From: Lytechinus pictus
Taxonomy: Eukaryota
DNA length: 64,000 bases
Direction of reading: 5' to 3'
NCBI RefSeq assembly: GCF_037042905.1
Contig: NC_087251.1
Coordinates: forward strand, 35,342,001-35,406,000
The position numbers and the translations under genes were made by a program. The stretch's first letter is position 1; every line of letters begins with the position of its first letter. Shown piece by piece: positions 49,678 through 64,000 of this stretch. The notes beneath the pieces were generated by a model. It was given only the letters and a program-made list of their open reading frames with translations, was not told the DNA's origin and did not search any database.

Positions 49678-52600
49678 TTAAGGATATGTTGAAAAGACAC
49701 TACATAGGATGAGAAATGGATGGCTCCCTCCACGGTCTACCCCACTCGAAGTCGATCATGATCAAAGTGTCACTGCAAACTGACCTTAAGAAGATAGAGA
49801 AAGAAAAGAAACAAGCAACAACAAAGAAAAACGACACAGACAAAAACTGACCACGAAAAGACATACCTAACTCAAACATAAGACACTCTAAATTGTGTAA
49901 CGCCCACCCCTCCCTATACCTTAACACCCGATGCTCTTGGTTATTTATCATAAATACTTAAACAATAAACCCGATTCATTCTTATCAGCCTAATAAAAAA
50001 AGGCATAATCTAATAGAAATGAAAAGGAAATAGATTATTTTCTGGAGAAAAAAAAAAAACCGACTTCACAGCAGCCAAAACCATTAAAAAAAAAAAAAAA
50101 AAATCTTTTCAAATTGCCAATAGCATTGGACATGATCGTTACAACCTCTTTTATACAACGATGAATATCTTTTTCGAAGAAAAAATATATGTATCAATGC
50201 TTTGATGCTCTCTTTAAGAAAAAAAAAAAAAAGAATGAGAGAGCTGGAGAGAGAAAAGGAGGGGGAAAAACCTCGATGTCTCAAGAACCCACAGCCGATC
50301 ATTTATGCAAATGATTCTTACAATTGATTGGTGCGCTACATATATGGATCAATGGAAACGGGTGTTGATAACAATGACTAAAAAAAGAAAAGAAAAAAAA
50401 AAAAGATCCACAATCAACAAGAGGAAGACGAAAAATAGCACCTAAACTAACCTGAGCTGTTGAAATCAACAGAGGAAAAGAGAGAGGAACTATCAATAAA
50501 GCTCCTGCGCAGACCATCATGACGCAATATTTTGTTGTTTTACAATTTCTTTGAATTAAACGTAATTTTTGAATGCGCAAAATTCCTTTTCTTTTTTCAG
50601 AAAAAAAAAAAAGAAGAAGAAAAAAGTCCCAAGCTGCACGACAATGTGTCAAATTCCGTCTCTCTTTCTATTCCTCTCTCTTTTTTTCAAGTTAGCATTT
50701 GGAGTTATTGTACAAAGATTAAAGGGTGTTTCACCTCTTATTGATTTCATGCACAAAAGCTTGTACGGTGAACTGTACTAAAAACCATTACAATTCATAC
50801 CAAAAACATTTGATTGAAACAAATAACTTGGTATGTCAAATTGCGAGTTTACTAAGGCAAGTTACAACAACTACTTTGCATACCATCAGGTCAATTAACG
50901 TAGGAGTCAGTGAACGTTTGAAACATTTCTATTACTGGTTGAGCAGAGAAACATAATGATTTTAACCAAATTGAATGAAATGGATTCTTGTCTAAAATAG
51001 ATTAAACTTTTTAACAAAGGATTGGAATATTTGTATCTTAGTATTGAAGTATAACATCGGTTATAAACAAACAAAATATTTTGTTAAGTATTTTGCAATA
51101 GATGCAAGCACACACAATAACTGGTTTTCAGTGAAAAAAGAAAATTGATGAACTATATCATTGAATGTGCTACATTGTCTGATTATACATTCTTCGTTAA
51201 GTTAAAGAAAAGAAAAAAAAATAACCCCGCCCATTTGTTTAGCGTTAGAAAATGTAAACCACTTGAATGCCACCAGCATGTCTGTGACTTGAATAACTTC
51301 GAGATTACTATAGTAATGTTGATTCTTACCAATAGAGCCCTGCATACCGACAGACAAATTTAAGTGGAAGTTACGTTAGCAAAACGTTTAAAACATTTTT
51401 ATAACTGGTTGAACAGTGAAACATAATGACATAGACTTTAAATAGTTTCAGCTTCTTGCTTTAGAACCATCGATTCCTTATTGGATTTTTTTGCATCTCA
51501 GTATTTGAATTGTAACCGAGCATCCACCATATTCTTGTTTGGAATTTACAATTGACATACACACAGAAATCCAACACATTTTCGATTCTTCGAGAAAGAA
51601 AAAAAAATAAAGAGAATGATGAATTATCCCTAATAGACGTAATGCATTGTCTGAATCTATTCTGAGAAAAGTTGCCACGCCCACTTGTTAAACATTTAAA
51701 TTTCAATGCAGCTTTCATGACTGGAGACATGCAAATTAAGTCAAGGTTACTCTTGCAAGGTTGATTCTCACCAATGCCTCCTTTACATGCTAATTGAAAA
51801 TTCAAATTAATTCAGTGAACGTTTAAGAACATTTCCATGGCTCGTTAAATAATGAATGATGGGGACGTTGAACTATATGCATATAGTGTTAACTGAAAAG
51901 AAAAAAAACATAGATTATTACAATTTGAATTCTCTTGGTGTTCCTCTTTATTTCTTTTTGTTTTGTAAACTAATTTTATCAATCTCTAAAACACCACTTC
52001 TCTTTTTTTCCCTTTCAAAGCTATCAACTCTATTATCATTCTCTTCAGTAAGATTTTGCAAAGTAACTTTTGCTCACTTCCAGCAGATATTCAAGTAGTT
52101 ATATCCTAATTCCATCATTGCTTGAAATGATTATCTTTTTTGTTGTTAAAGTTGTTTAAAAAAAAAAAGGAATGATACCGATTGCGTTATCGATAGCACA
52201 TGACGTCACGCCTCTGCGCTGCGCTGCTAAATCATCTCAACTTCACGCGAGAAGTCTTGACGACGAAAATGAAATCGGAGAGAAATGCATTAAATTCTCA
52301 TCGTACAGAATACCAATGTTTTAATTAATTCAAGAATTCGAAAGAGTGAACATTATTCTTCATCAAAATATATACAGCTCAAATGATTTGTACTCATCTT
52401 AACTGTAAAAGCTAATTTTACGGGGATGTTTCATCGTGTTCGCCGCCTGTTCACGAGCTTGAGATTGCCAACACCAACACCAACACCGAACTTGAAATCA
52501 TGATTTTCCCAATCCCTGAGGGTTGGTGTTGGTGAATGGGGATATTGCACGTAGATCGTCAACACCAGCTGCAGTGCTGGGTTCAGCAGACGACATTCAA

Positions 52601-54225
52601 CACCAGCATTCAACACGAACTGCCGGAAATACGTCATATTTTCCGAGGTCAATCCCAACACCAGCCTGATTTCAAGTACGGTATTGTGGCTGGTGTTGGT
52701 GTTGTCACAACACCAACACCAGATTTCAACACCGTACTTGAAATCACCCATTATCACTTCATAGGATCAATTTTGGTCGTTAACATGCGACTTGCATGTA
52801 GTTCAATATGACGTCATCGAGCGTTGTGCTCCATGTTGCGCATCGCATTGCTTATTATTGTCGTACTAGTGGTGATGGTGACGATGAGGAGGATGCTGAT
52901 GCTGATGAGGATGATGATGATGAATGATGATGGTTATCATGCTCGAGTAAGACCATGAACACCGGCGTAAGCGACTCAAGATCGAAAAAGACAATTACAT
53001 TATGACCAATGACATACCATAGGTCGGTTGGGAGTCGGTTTAGTTGGTGTGACTGTAACACTATTGATCTTTTTACAGATTGGTAATAATATTAATCTTT
53101 CATCCCCTTGACTGGGAAGAAGTTATTTTAATGCAGAGTTACGAGAGGGGGGGTCGGGATCGTAAAGGTATACAAACACGCAAAAAAACCCATCTCATCT
53201 TTTTATTACTATTATTATTAATGCACGGTTAGCGCTCCAATTTCGGCTCAGCACCCCCCCCCCCCCCGTCCACACACCCTGATTCATATGAGAGGCCTAC
53301 TTCATTTTCATTAATTTATTCAAGCTTTTTATAAGTTGAAACGTTTTATTCGAGATTTCTGTCCGAGTTCGCTGCTGACCAATACTTTCATTTTCATGAT
53401 TGATATTTGCTGTGATGTGAAGGAAGCATCTTGCAACATGAATTATTCATGAAGGTTCAGGCGCGTTCAAGTCCTGTCCAAAGCAAAATGTCAAACCCAC
53501 AATGGCGGACAGTAGTTTTAAAGGGGGCCTGACTTACTGTCGGGTGCCTGGTAGGCATGGTAGGTAGGAATTCCTCGAATGCCGAGAGAGCCTCCATTCT
53601 CCTCGCAACCGACCATAGTAGTAGTTCAGGATGAGTACGGGATGAGCACAAGATCCTGAATTGCATGTGGTATATTGTGAATGACTGAAATACAATTACC
53701 ATTTTGTCAAATCGCTCTCCAGGGCAGATATCTTCTGTGTCTAATAATCCGAGGGGCAATCAACCATGAATAGAATAAGGCCTAAATGCGAAACACCAGT
53801 GTAGGGTGTCATTGATCCGTTTCGAAAGAACTCACACATTATTTTAACACGCGTGATCTTTATTTCTATAAATTTTGCCTACTTGAACACACCGCGAGTC
53901 TCACTATTCCGGTCATATTTTGGAGGAGTTCTCCTTTCGCATGACTAAGGGGCTACATTTATAATTCATCAAAACTCGGTAAGTTTTCCCCCTTTTTACT
54001 ATCTTCTTTCTCCAAATTATTTAATCTTATCCGAATCTTTATGATATTACTTTATTCCATCGTCAATGTGCCAATCGATTGCATTTAATGAGCATCATAT
54101 TGTTAAAAAAAAATGATTAAACTACGGTAGATCATAAACTAGATTTAAAAAGGGAGAAACCGGAAATGCGACCAATATTTTTATCATCAGGTACATAATT
54201 TTTAATATCAGAATGTTACTTTTAT

Positions 54226-54384
54226 ACCTCGGTCACATTTGCTCTACGGCGGCCGTACGGCGAGTCGAAAACAGCCGTTTTAACATTTTTGTACCAGCTA
54301 CATATATCTGGTTTGAATAAAAATGAATAAAACGGCTGTTTTCGACTAGCCGTACGGCCGCCGTAGAGCAAATGTGACCGAGGT
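54226..54384. mobile_element. Hairpin MITE with about 55-bp near-perfect TIRs
   Basis: ACCTCGGTCACATTTGCTCTACGGCGGCCGTACGGC.AGTCGAAAACAGCCGTTTTA and its reverse complement. Confidence 0.85.
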
Positions 54385-57300
54385 GACTTTAACCTGAAAA
54401 TTTCAAATCTCATCGCAAAAAAAAATTGTTGGGGGTTATATCAAGAGGCACTTGGGCTACATTTTGAATAAACCAAAAACTTTGAAGAATTTCGCTGATG
54501 CTTTACAGATACTGTTCATCCACAATTACATCTTGTAGTCTTAACAGTAGTTATATTCCTCTATTTCTCTATTTTTGTCCCGCATCATTCTACATTGGAG
54601 GCCTATATACTAAGAAGGTTTATACTGATCTTACATGCACGTTCATGTGAGATGACTACGTGACAATGTGCAGAATTGGGGGCGTGGCATATGTGGACAG
54701 ATTTCCTCTCAAGACGTGAACTAACCTTTTCCAAAACTTTACTGCTATTGCAAATTTATATTTTTAAAAGCTGCCTTGATCACATGATCAAAATTTATTT
54801 GGAAAACTGAAAGTGATGAGTCATATGAAAAATAATTCGACATATTGTGGAGGTATTAAGAAAACCCAGCCTCAAATGCCTTGGGTTTGGGATGGTCTGC
54901 CGGGTCACGTGATCTTCCAGAAGCCGTTCAACTTGAACTCGAGAAGCACGCCTGTGATTATTTCACATATGGCTATGACCAACAAGTGCAGATAATATTA
55001 CGAACATTAATGCTTTATGAGCTGTTTTCAGCTACACATGGATGGCATGTGATATAGAGATAAAACAGTGGATGGCTCATAATATTATAAGAGTATTATT
55101 CTCAAAACACTTTGCCTGACATATGGGAAGGTGTATTATGATCAATTGCCAGCTCGTTCGAGGGGGGGGGGGTAATACGGAGACTACAAAATGTAATTCA
55201 TTTCATAATATGATAGTCGATCGTGTAAGGAACATTATGAAAAGGATAAGAACAATTCACTATTCCATGCATTCAGGAGAAATTTATTTCAACATATTCT
55301 TATGAGGAGAATGACTGATCCTAGACCTATATTATTCTGCTAACGTTGAAGAAACTTTGTTGAATCCTATAAGCCTATTGCAAATCCAAAAATATTTTAA
55401 TATTTTCCATTTATTGATTTCTGCAACTTTTTCACATACAGAGAAAATACATTATTCGGCCTACATAACAAAATATTCGCCAATCAAAACAATAAGAAAA
55501 AGTTGTATTTTCTATAACAGAACGATTTTAGAAGGTTGCAGGGGTTGCTATGAAGGGGTCATCCTTTGATGAAATGTTACTTTATTGTTGATCTACGTTC
55601 AATGCAACTCAACTTTCTTCCAACGTCCCATTACGTTTGATTTGCAATTGCAACGTCCCACGTGACATGTATGGTAAGAAAGCATGACTGATATTGGTGT
55701 GGAAATAATGGTTACCCTAGTATATATAATTGAAGATTGTTGAAGTTATGTTAAATAGTTAATTGTTGGAAGATCTAACCCGTTGTTTGCAACGTCATAA
55801 CCAAAGTACGAAGTACGATGGAAATATAATACCATAATGAAGAAAAAATATTAGTCCTATGATAAGAAAACCCTCGCCATGTTACTAGGCTAGGTCTTAA
55901 TTATCTTTTAAGTTGTATTTTCAAAATTTCGGTTCTTCATTATTTTGCAACATTCTCGGAAGCTTATAGGGATTTCATGTAAAGCGTTGAAGCGAACTGT
56001 ATACTTATGTTCAAATAAAAGGTGACAAGTAAGAACCTTGTGGAACGACAATGACGCGATAATAAAGGCAATGTTATATTTTACTGATTAAGGAAAGTTT
56101 TAACATCACCTACTTCATACGTATAGGAGATCATCATCCTCATTAGCATCATCATCGCAATCATAATCACCATACTCATCATTTTATATCTTATAAATAG
56201 TCTGAATTTACATGTTGGGCTAAATACATCATTTATCATGATTAGAAATAATTTTCAATCACTGGTTACCACTTTAAGGGCGACAGTAAACCGAATTGAA
56301 AGCTGACTATCATATAGCATGGACCTATAGCACCTCAGTTAGAGGTGGAAAGTCCATGCATATAGGAATTGCACAGGTACAAACTGCACCTGCAAGTACG
56401 AGTATTCCATCCTCACAATGCACAGAACGTGTATAGGCATATACCGTTAATAAAGCACGATTCCATATACTGTCATCACTCATTATACTGGAGCCATAGA
56501 CATATCCATCTCTATTCGACAACAATTGATTATGATAATAGTCAGCAAGAGAGAGATGGGTTGAGGGAGAGAGAGGGGTAGATAAAGGAAGGGATATACA
56601 AAGAGAGGTAGAGGAAGAGAGGAGAGAGGGGGAGAATGAGAGAGTGGGGGGGCTGTAACTGTTTTTTTTTTCGTAGTGTACTGTCAAGGACGATCGGTGC
56701 ATAGTGAAAAGGTTTTCTATGTCCTATAGAATCTATAGGACAGGACCTTGATATAAGCATGGCCTTTGTGAGCAAAACTTCTCAACCGATTATCATACCA
56801 AAATCAACAAGTAAAGTGATTGTGGTTTTTTTTGGAGTCAATGAATGTATTTATGCCACTCCAATCTGAAAATTCATTTCATTTATTTTCTTATTTCTCA
56901 TTGACATTTGATTCACATAAAAAAGCCGGAACAATAATGCATTATACTACTAGTATTAAATTATAAACAACTATATACAATAACATAATATAATGATATA
57001 ATCAGTCGAGTTATAAGGTAAAAGCATAATCTAAGTCAAAGAAATGTGATGGGACCTACATAAAAACAAACTTGTAAAAACTCCAGGCCCCAAATTTGTA
57101 TTCATTCTCTTATCTGTTTATATTCCTTTCCAAATTAGTATGTCTAATTTTGTTTCTGGCTCTCATTCGGATCAAGGAGAAAAGTTATAGGTCTATGAGT
57201 GCAAGGGAAATAATAATCATGTTTGTTCATTTTGGATATATATTTCAAAATACATTTATTATAACTGAAATTATTTACCTGGCCAATTATCACCCCCATT

Positions 57301-59149
57301 CTTTCAAATTAATCCATATCTTTTTGTTTCTAATACCGTTATTATTCCAATTTTCTATACTATTTTTATCTGAATTGTCCTTAATAACTGTGAAGTCAAT
57401 GTTTTTTTCTGTTTATCTTAAATGAATAACACATTTGACAGCAATACGATAATCTGAATATTATAATGACAAGTCATACATGATTATGGTACTATTTCTT
57501 TGTCATCACAAAAACACAATCACAACTATATATATAGTACGTACAAATTGCGATAATCAAGGCATGAAGATTTTGCGATGCATTCCGTGTAGGCCAGCTT
57601 ATACACAAGTTGTTTGGGCATCCCGTCCCGACACACACTCCTTAAACAATAGTCAAAGTTTGTCGGGTCAAATTATTATATTCGCCTGTTGCACCACAAT
57701 AGCATAAGCGATCACTTTTCAACTGTTAACTATAGTTCACACAAAAAGTAGTTCTCATTTTAACAAAAAGTAAAGAATGGTATACATGGGCAGGTTTCGA
57801 ATCAGAACGTCGCCAGCGGTGCGTTGGGTTTGTATTCACCGAAAGTACTGCACCAATAACCTTTCCAAAAAAAAATTTATGTATAGCATCGATGGGGTGG
57901 TTTAAAACATGATTCAAGAGGGCGAGGGTGCTTGGGCCTTCCAATCGACAAGGAGTGACCGATCATTATTATATGCAGCTATAGGGGGATGCCAACTGTA
58001 AATTACCATATGCAGTGGCATAATGAGCCAACCACTTTGAGAGGGCAGATATGGGGTATCGGGCAAATTTTATATAAAAATTACGAGCGAGCAAAGCTAA
58101 CGAACTTGAATTTCAACATTTTCATCGCAAAAATCCAATTTGGTGAAAGATTTTGACATAATATTCCGCAGAAAAATACAAATGACACATTTCACCTTTC
58201 TCTGTGTCCTTTCCTTTTCTCTTTTCTTTTCTTGACCGTGATTTTTCTTCCCCCCCCTTTTTTAGGGCTGGGGGGGGGGGGGGCAAGCACCCCATCAAGT
58301 CCCCATCTGTACGCCACTGGGAATGTGTATCGCTCCAAGGGAAGCACCATGATTTTGTTGAAGGCATCGGACGACCTAAATAATTATGACGTCATAATTT
58401 CAATTATTTTTTTCCTCCTCGATTATTTCGATCTCTTCGTTTTTGCACTACTTGAAAAATTATAGGGACGATCGCCCCTGTCCCCAGCCCCCTGAAGCAC
58501 CGCCCCTGTATAATTCCAATATCACCCTGATTGAAATATTACGATGGAGCGCAGTAAGGAAGGATAAAATAAAATAGAAAACACATTTCGAAGTAGGGAC
58601 ATATTGCTAAATTTCATAATTAAATAGGCCTACCGTAAATTCCATAGCAAAAACATCGTTTTATTAACATTTTAAGCAATATTAGATACACAAGCATTAT
58701 CACCAGCTGGTGCATGATTCAGATTATGCCACTACTTTTGGTGAGAAGGCTTTGTTTTTGCTTTTGATATATTACATAATTCAAATTGCATTATGGGTAT
58801 AAATAAGCATAGCTTGCTAGCAGTAGCTCCTAGTAATAATACAGAGTTATATTCAGACTGCATAGGCCTATACAGTATTAAAATGAAATGATAAAACCGT
58901 GATAATCACTGTGTGGGGGGGGGCTAACCATGCAAAAAATCACAATCCTATGGTCACTTCTACGTTATTGTACACGGTTTTGGAAAAAAGTGGGGGGCTG
59001 AAGCCCCCCCCCCCCCCCTGCTTCCGCGGCCCCTGTGTTGGTGAATATGTTGTGTCATTATATATCTCTATGGAACAAAGACTGATTTTAGCGGAACATT
59101 CATCAATATTTTGACCAATTATGAATTTATGTGGCTTTAGTGAAGGATA

Positions 59150-59714
59150 GAGTCAATGGGATATTTCTGGGAGCAAACTATCGACCTAACATTAGCATGC
59201 CTAGTGCAACCAACGTCGTGGCGCCACATTAAACAACTCGTAACTAACTACGTACACATTGTATGCTGGCTTGCGCCTAAAATGAGATGCTTCAATGCAG
59301 CATTTTAATTTTTTCTGAAAATTGGACAGGGAATCTGACGAGCTGAGCGCGCGCGAGGTGAACTCGTCAAAACACGCAGAAGATCAGAGAGATGGATGCA
59401 TCAGGGATGCATAGCATAATGGAGATACACTGTGGATGTAGTGCGCACGTACGTACGTCCGGAGCGAGCTAGCTGGAGCTGTAGCATCTTAATTTATGAT
59501 CTCACGCGCTCTAGTAGTAGATGGAGTACGTGTATGCAATATACGTGCAAGGGTAAGGTCGGCTATGTGCTATATAGCTAGCGCATACGTGTACAGGCAA
59601 AAGATAGGCGCCGGGAACAGCTGACAGTGACATTCATAGATCTACCGGTATTTTCTTCAAATTCAGACCGGCTAGCATTCCATTTTAGTTGTATTTTACT
59701 GCCAAGCGGTAAGT
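59150..59714 (+). promoter_or_regulatory. Probable promoter and non-coding first exon of a downstream gene
   Basis: Local CpG enrichment, a consensus donor CG|GTAAGT at 59709, and dense TAGGCCTA/AGATCTAG-type palindromes after it. No coding exon was found. Confidence 0.4.
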
Positions 59715-61249
59715 CAGCATCTTTTACATTATCCTGTAAGAACATTACTCTCGGTTAGCTAGGCTTACATACCGTACATTAAAGGTAAAACATTAGACAA
59801 ATTAAAGGGAAAATGAAAAGGGGGACTCTGACTGAGTGAGTCTCATCAATCGACAACTAACGTCAGGGAGGGGACACCGTATTGTGAACTTGAGTTCGAC
59901 GTTCTATCGAAGTTTAAAAATACTCGTCTCAAGACGACATAACAAATAATTTTACTGTTTAACTTAACCTAGAATTGGTCCAAAGATGAGGCTAATTTAG
60001 TTAAGAATATAGGCTTAACGTAGGCCTACCGTACATCTGTATGACTCTGAGTGACTGTTTTACTTTCCTAGTAATTTTAGCGTTTGTAATTGTATCCGGG
60101 CAAGGCCAAGCAAGAGTTACTGTAAGTCTTTTAAGACGAGCAACATTTTTTAGATCTAGACTAGTCTATAGTATAGGCTAGAGCCTAACCTTGGCTTAGA
60201 TCTAGCTCTAACTCGAAGTTAAAAACGTTAGGCCTGCCCTAGACTAGACCTAATTATAAAACATTTGTTTGTGTTACGAATTTAACTTAAGTTAGGCCTA
60301 CGCCTCACGACACGTTATCCGTATCGTTGAGTCAGCAATACCAGGATTTTTGTCTTAGTAAACAAATTAATGAAGCAGTTCATACCATGCATACATTATT
60401 CTTTTATTATTTTGGTATTTACTATTTAGCATCTTTTTATTAAACAAAGACAACATTAAGATATCATCATTACCTCAATTTACGGATAAATAGACAATAG
60501 TGTGCTTGCTTGTGTACATCTTCATGCATGCATTATTCCTCGCTTTGTAATCTAACTTGTTAGTGATCTACTCTAGTTATCTACATAAGTTCGTCTTTGT
60601 GTGGCGAACCCTAGCCTGGTACAATGGCATGTAGTTGTCATCTTTTCTCCCCTTCAAGTTGAATGTTGGTTTTATGATGCATGCCCTTTTATGTGATTCT
60701 GAATGACTGTTTTTGTTTTGTTTTTTCACCTTCACTTGCAATGTCAACATTACCAAATTATAAAAATGAGTAAAGACCTGAGTTTATTAGCTCTTGATCA
60801 TGCCAAGCATGCTTTCATCATTCAACATTCTTTGTTCACCCTTTGCAATAACAACAATACCCAAATAGTGAATGAGTAAAAATATGTATTTATTTGTGAG
60901 CCCGTGATCATGCTTGCCAAGCATGTTTGCATCACCATTGTTTTACTATCGATTTCAAGTTGAATAATCGAATTCAAACAAAAATCGACATTTTGTTTAA
61001 AAAATTTGCTTTCTAAAGTAACGTCCGCCCTTTTGTGAGAATAACTTCCAATGGCTGGTTTCATCAAAATGGCAATCTTCCTTTTCTATTACCGTAAATA
61101 TTTGGCTTTTGAACATGTTGGGCATGACCCCTTCTTTCAATTCGTTAACTCCCAACTTTTTGATCGCTCTTGCCACACCTATAAAATAATTACTGAGAAT
61201 TTGGTGATTGGTATTCCTGATTGTTACTCAGAACACAAAAAGGACTGAC

Positions 61250-61982
61250 GGGCAAGTCCAAGAAAAGGTCACCCTCGAAGGCAAAATTGACTGATTTGTT
61301 ATGATTACTGATTAGAGAAAAAATCGAAGCAAAAAAAATGTGAAAATGGAAAAATATGAAAAATAAAAAACCATTAGAAATACATAAGAAATTCATGAAA
61401 CCATGAAAAACAAGAAAAAAGACATTCTTGAAATGACTAATTTCCTTTTCATCATATCAAATATGTCTCAAGGAACATAGGAACATTTTAAAAGAAAAAG
61501 ACTATTTTCTTTATTTCCATATTTTTAATTATTTCCATATTTTTAATTTCAATTTTTTAAATTATGGGGAATTTTTTGTACGTTCTCTATGGGGACAAAA
61601 TGTCCCATACGTAACATGTCATTACTTTCTTTAATTAGAGTCTGTAATTAAAGGGTTTTGGCTTATGACATGAAACTTGCTTAAGATATACTAGAGTGTT
61701 GTGACTTCTATCACATTAAGTTACAAGTTGTCAAATGAATTACTTTCAGAGAATTCTCAACTTGAAAAAAAAAAATGTTTTAAAAAATATTTTTTTTCTG
61801 CATCCCATACGTAACAGCACATCTTTTCTCTCTAATTGGTCAAGGTCATATGGCACCATTTTTTTGCATGATTATTCTTCTCCTAGATGTCTACCATCAT
61901 GAGAGCATTCAATCTATTTTTCAGGTCATTAAAGCCCCTGAAATGTCCCATACGTAACGCGCGTGAATTCTTGGACTAGCCC
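61250..61982. mobile_element. Non-autonomous DNA element with 15-bp TIR
   Basis: GGGC(A/T)AGTCCAAGAA at both ends and TCCCATACGTAAC three times internally. It is absent from the paralogous site at about 62530. Confidence 0.7.
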
Positions 61983-63284
61983 TTATGCTTAAATATGTTC
62001 ACTTAATATCATTCCATGCATGTCGTATCCCTCACATGTTTTAGTATCTTGCAAGTTATTATGATAAAAGAGAGCCAAAGAAATGCAAATCATTAACTAC
62101 AAATGTCTTTAGTTTCGATTAATGCCATGCTTGACTTACTCCTTTATTCTTGTAACATTAACATTACCCAATTAGAGAATGAGTAAAAATATGTTTATTT
62201 GTGAGCTCATGATCATGCCAAGCATGCTTACATCACTATTTATTGTTTTACTATCGATTTCAAGTTGAATAATCGACATTTTGTTTAAACAATTTGCTTG
62301 AAAAAGCAATGTCTGCCCTTTGGTGATAATTAACTTCCAATGGCTGGGTTCACCAAAATGGCAATCTTCCTTTTCTATTATCCATTTGATGTTTGAACAT
62401 GTTGGGCATGGCCCCTTCTTTCAATTCGTTAACTCCCAACATTTTGATCGCTCTTGCCACACCTATAAAATAATTACCGAGTATTTGGTGATTGGTATTC
62501 CTGATTGTTTCTCAGAATACAAAGTGGACTTGTGCTCAAATATGTTCACTTTATATCATGCCATGGGCGAAAATACCAGGGGGACAGGGTGGACGCGTCC
62601 CCCCTACCATTTTGGAAAGGGGGGGGGGACATAATATCAAATGTCATCCCTACTATTTGTGGTCTTTTATCATGGAAAAATACATAAGTAAACAATCGAA
62701 ATTATACACATGTATCCTCGAATTTCGAAATGAATATAAACAGATAGTTTTTGTTAAGAACTTGGATAGGAAAAGAAAAGGCATACCGGCCCGACTATTC
62801 TCGAACTCGCATCTAGCCCTATATGCCAGCCAATTGTCAATTTCATAACTAATAAAAATGACGAAAAAAGAAAATCGCCCCTGGATACTTATAAGTAAAT
62901 TTAGTGTATAGATGGTAGACGAGAATGTTCCATACCCCGTAAAAACATACCTTTGTTCAACCAATTCATTTTCCCTTTATTCCAAATTTACTTGGAATAT
63001 AAGAATATTTTCATTGTTCGCGTACTCAGTAAAAATAATAGTTTTCATGAGTAATGATTATTCCTTCGCAGTGAATTTTAACTATGTTTTTTTTTATTTG
63101 TATTTAAATACTCTATTAACGAGACTAAGGGGGCGAAGCGGCGGCCCGCCTCCTATTGGCGGCGCAAACTAGGAAGGTGAGGAGAAAAATAAGAAGAAAG
63201 ATAGGACGAGGAAGGAAGTTAAATGATGGAAGGGGAGGGGAATAATTAAAAGAGAAAACTCTCAAGTCATTGTATAAAAATTAA

Positions 63285-64000
63285 AAAAATTCACTCGCAC
63301 TTTGCATTAATACACAGCCATCTCTTTATATCAAAACGTGCTTAATTTTTTTCTTCCACTTTTTAGATGGAAATATATAAAATCGAATCATTTATTTAGG
63401 GAGATATCGATCTTTTTCATAATTTGTAGGTTTAAATCTTTGAAAAAAATTAGCTCGCGCTTTGCGCTCGCATTGTTTATTGAGATAAACTGCTTGTTCT
63501 TTATTTCAAAAGTGCTTGAAAGATCCAGTTTTCAGATCCGAATATAAATAAAAATTCATTTCGCGCTTCGCGCTCGCATCAGTAATATGGTTGAGTCAGA
63601 TGCTATCCTGTTTATTGCTATAAGGTGAAAAGAAGATGACTTTTGTTGGTCGGAAAATAAAAAAAATCAGGATATGCTTCTCGCTCACATCAATTAAAAT
63701 TCAGTTAGATAGCTACCCTGTCCTTGATTTTAAAATATGCTAATACCGATTTTGTAAGCCGGAAATGACATATCTTAGCACTTCTCGCTCGATTCTAATA
63801 TTGCTTAGTAAGATTCCAATCCTGTTCATGATTTGAAAAAATGTTACGATTGTCCAGTTTTAAGGTTGGAAATAAGAAACTTTCAGCTCGCGCTTCGCGC
63901 CCGCATTAATTGTTTAGATTCCTATCCTGTTCACAATTTTAATTTTTAAGTACTAAGAATGTCCTAGTTTAGGTTGGAAAATCAAAAACTTTCACCTCTT
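63285..64000. repeat. Degenerate tandem repeat with CTCGCGCTTCGCGCTCGCAT core
   Basis: Core variants at about 63294, 63454, 63560, 63680, 63784 and 63887, most followed by ATCCTGTT-like blocks. Confidence 0.7.

Noticed and set aside
58013..58319. hAT-like MITE (CAGTGGC...GCCACTG)
   Set aside because: Only a 7-bp inverted match, and the 8-bp flanks do not form a TSD.

Overview
AT-rich, intron- and repeat-rich animal DNA; the repeat content suggests a marine invertebrate, possibly a sea urchin (inference only). The main gene is a + strand prohormone convertase 2 (PCSK2/PC2). Ten coding exons (3572-41038) splice in frame to 712 aa, the signal-peptide exon was not found, and the C-terminal tail is unusually long and acidic. 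Its introns hold (i) an intact DD34E Tc1 transposon; (ii) a near-identical 412-bp tandem array whose units each carry a full tRNA cloverleaf with a UCA (opal-reading) anticodon and a T6 terminator; (iii) a 5.35-kb almost perfectly palindromic element with Polinton/Maverick ends (AGTAGT...ACTACT, 6-bp TSD), two mirror copies of a C2H2 zinc-finger gene, inverted minisatellites and a central hairpin, but no polymerase, integrase or capsid; and (iv) an L2 fragment split by a solo LTR, plus SINEs and MITEs. Downstream are a Tx1/L1-type ORF2 with one frameshift, bracketed by Harbinger-like ends, and a probable 5' end of the next gene near 59.2-59.7 kb. Items (iii) and (ii) are the best candidates for undescribed systems.
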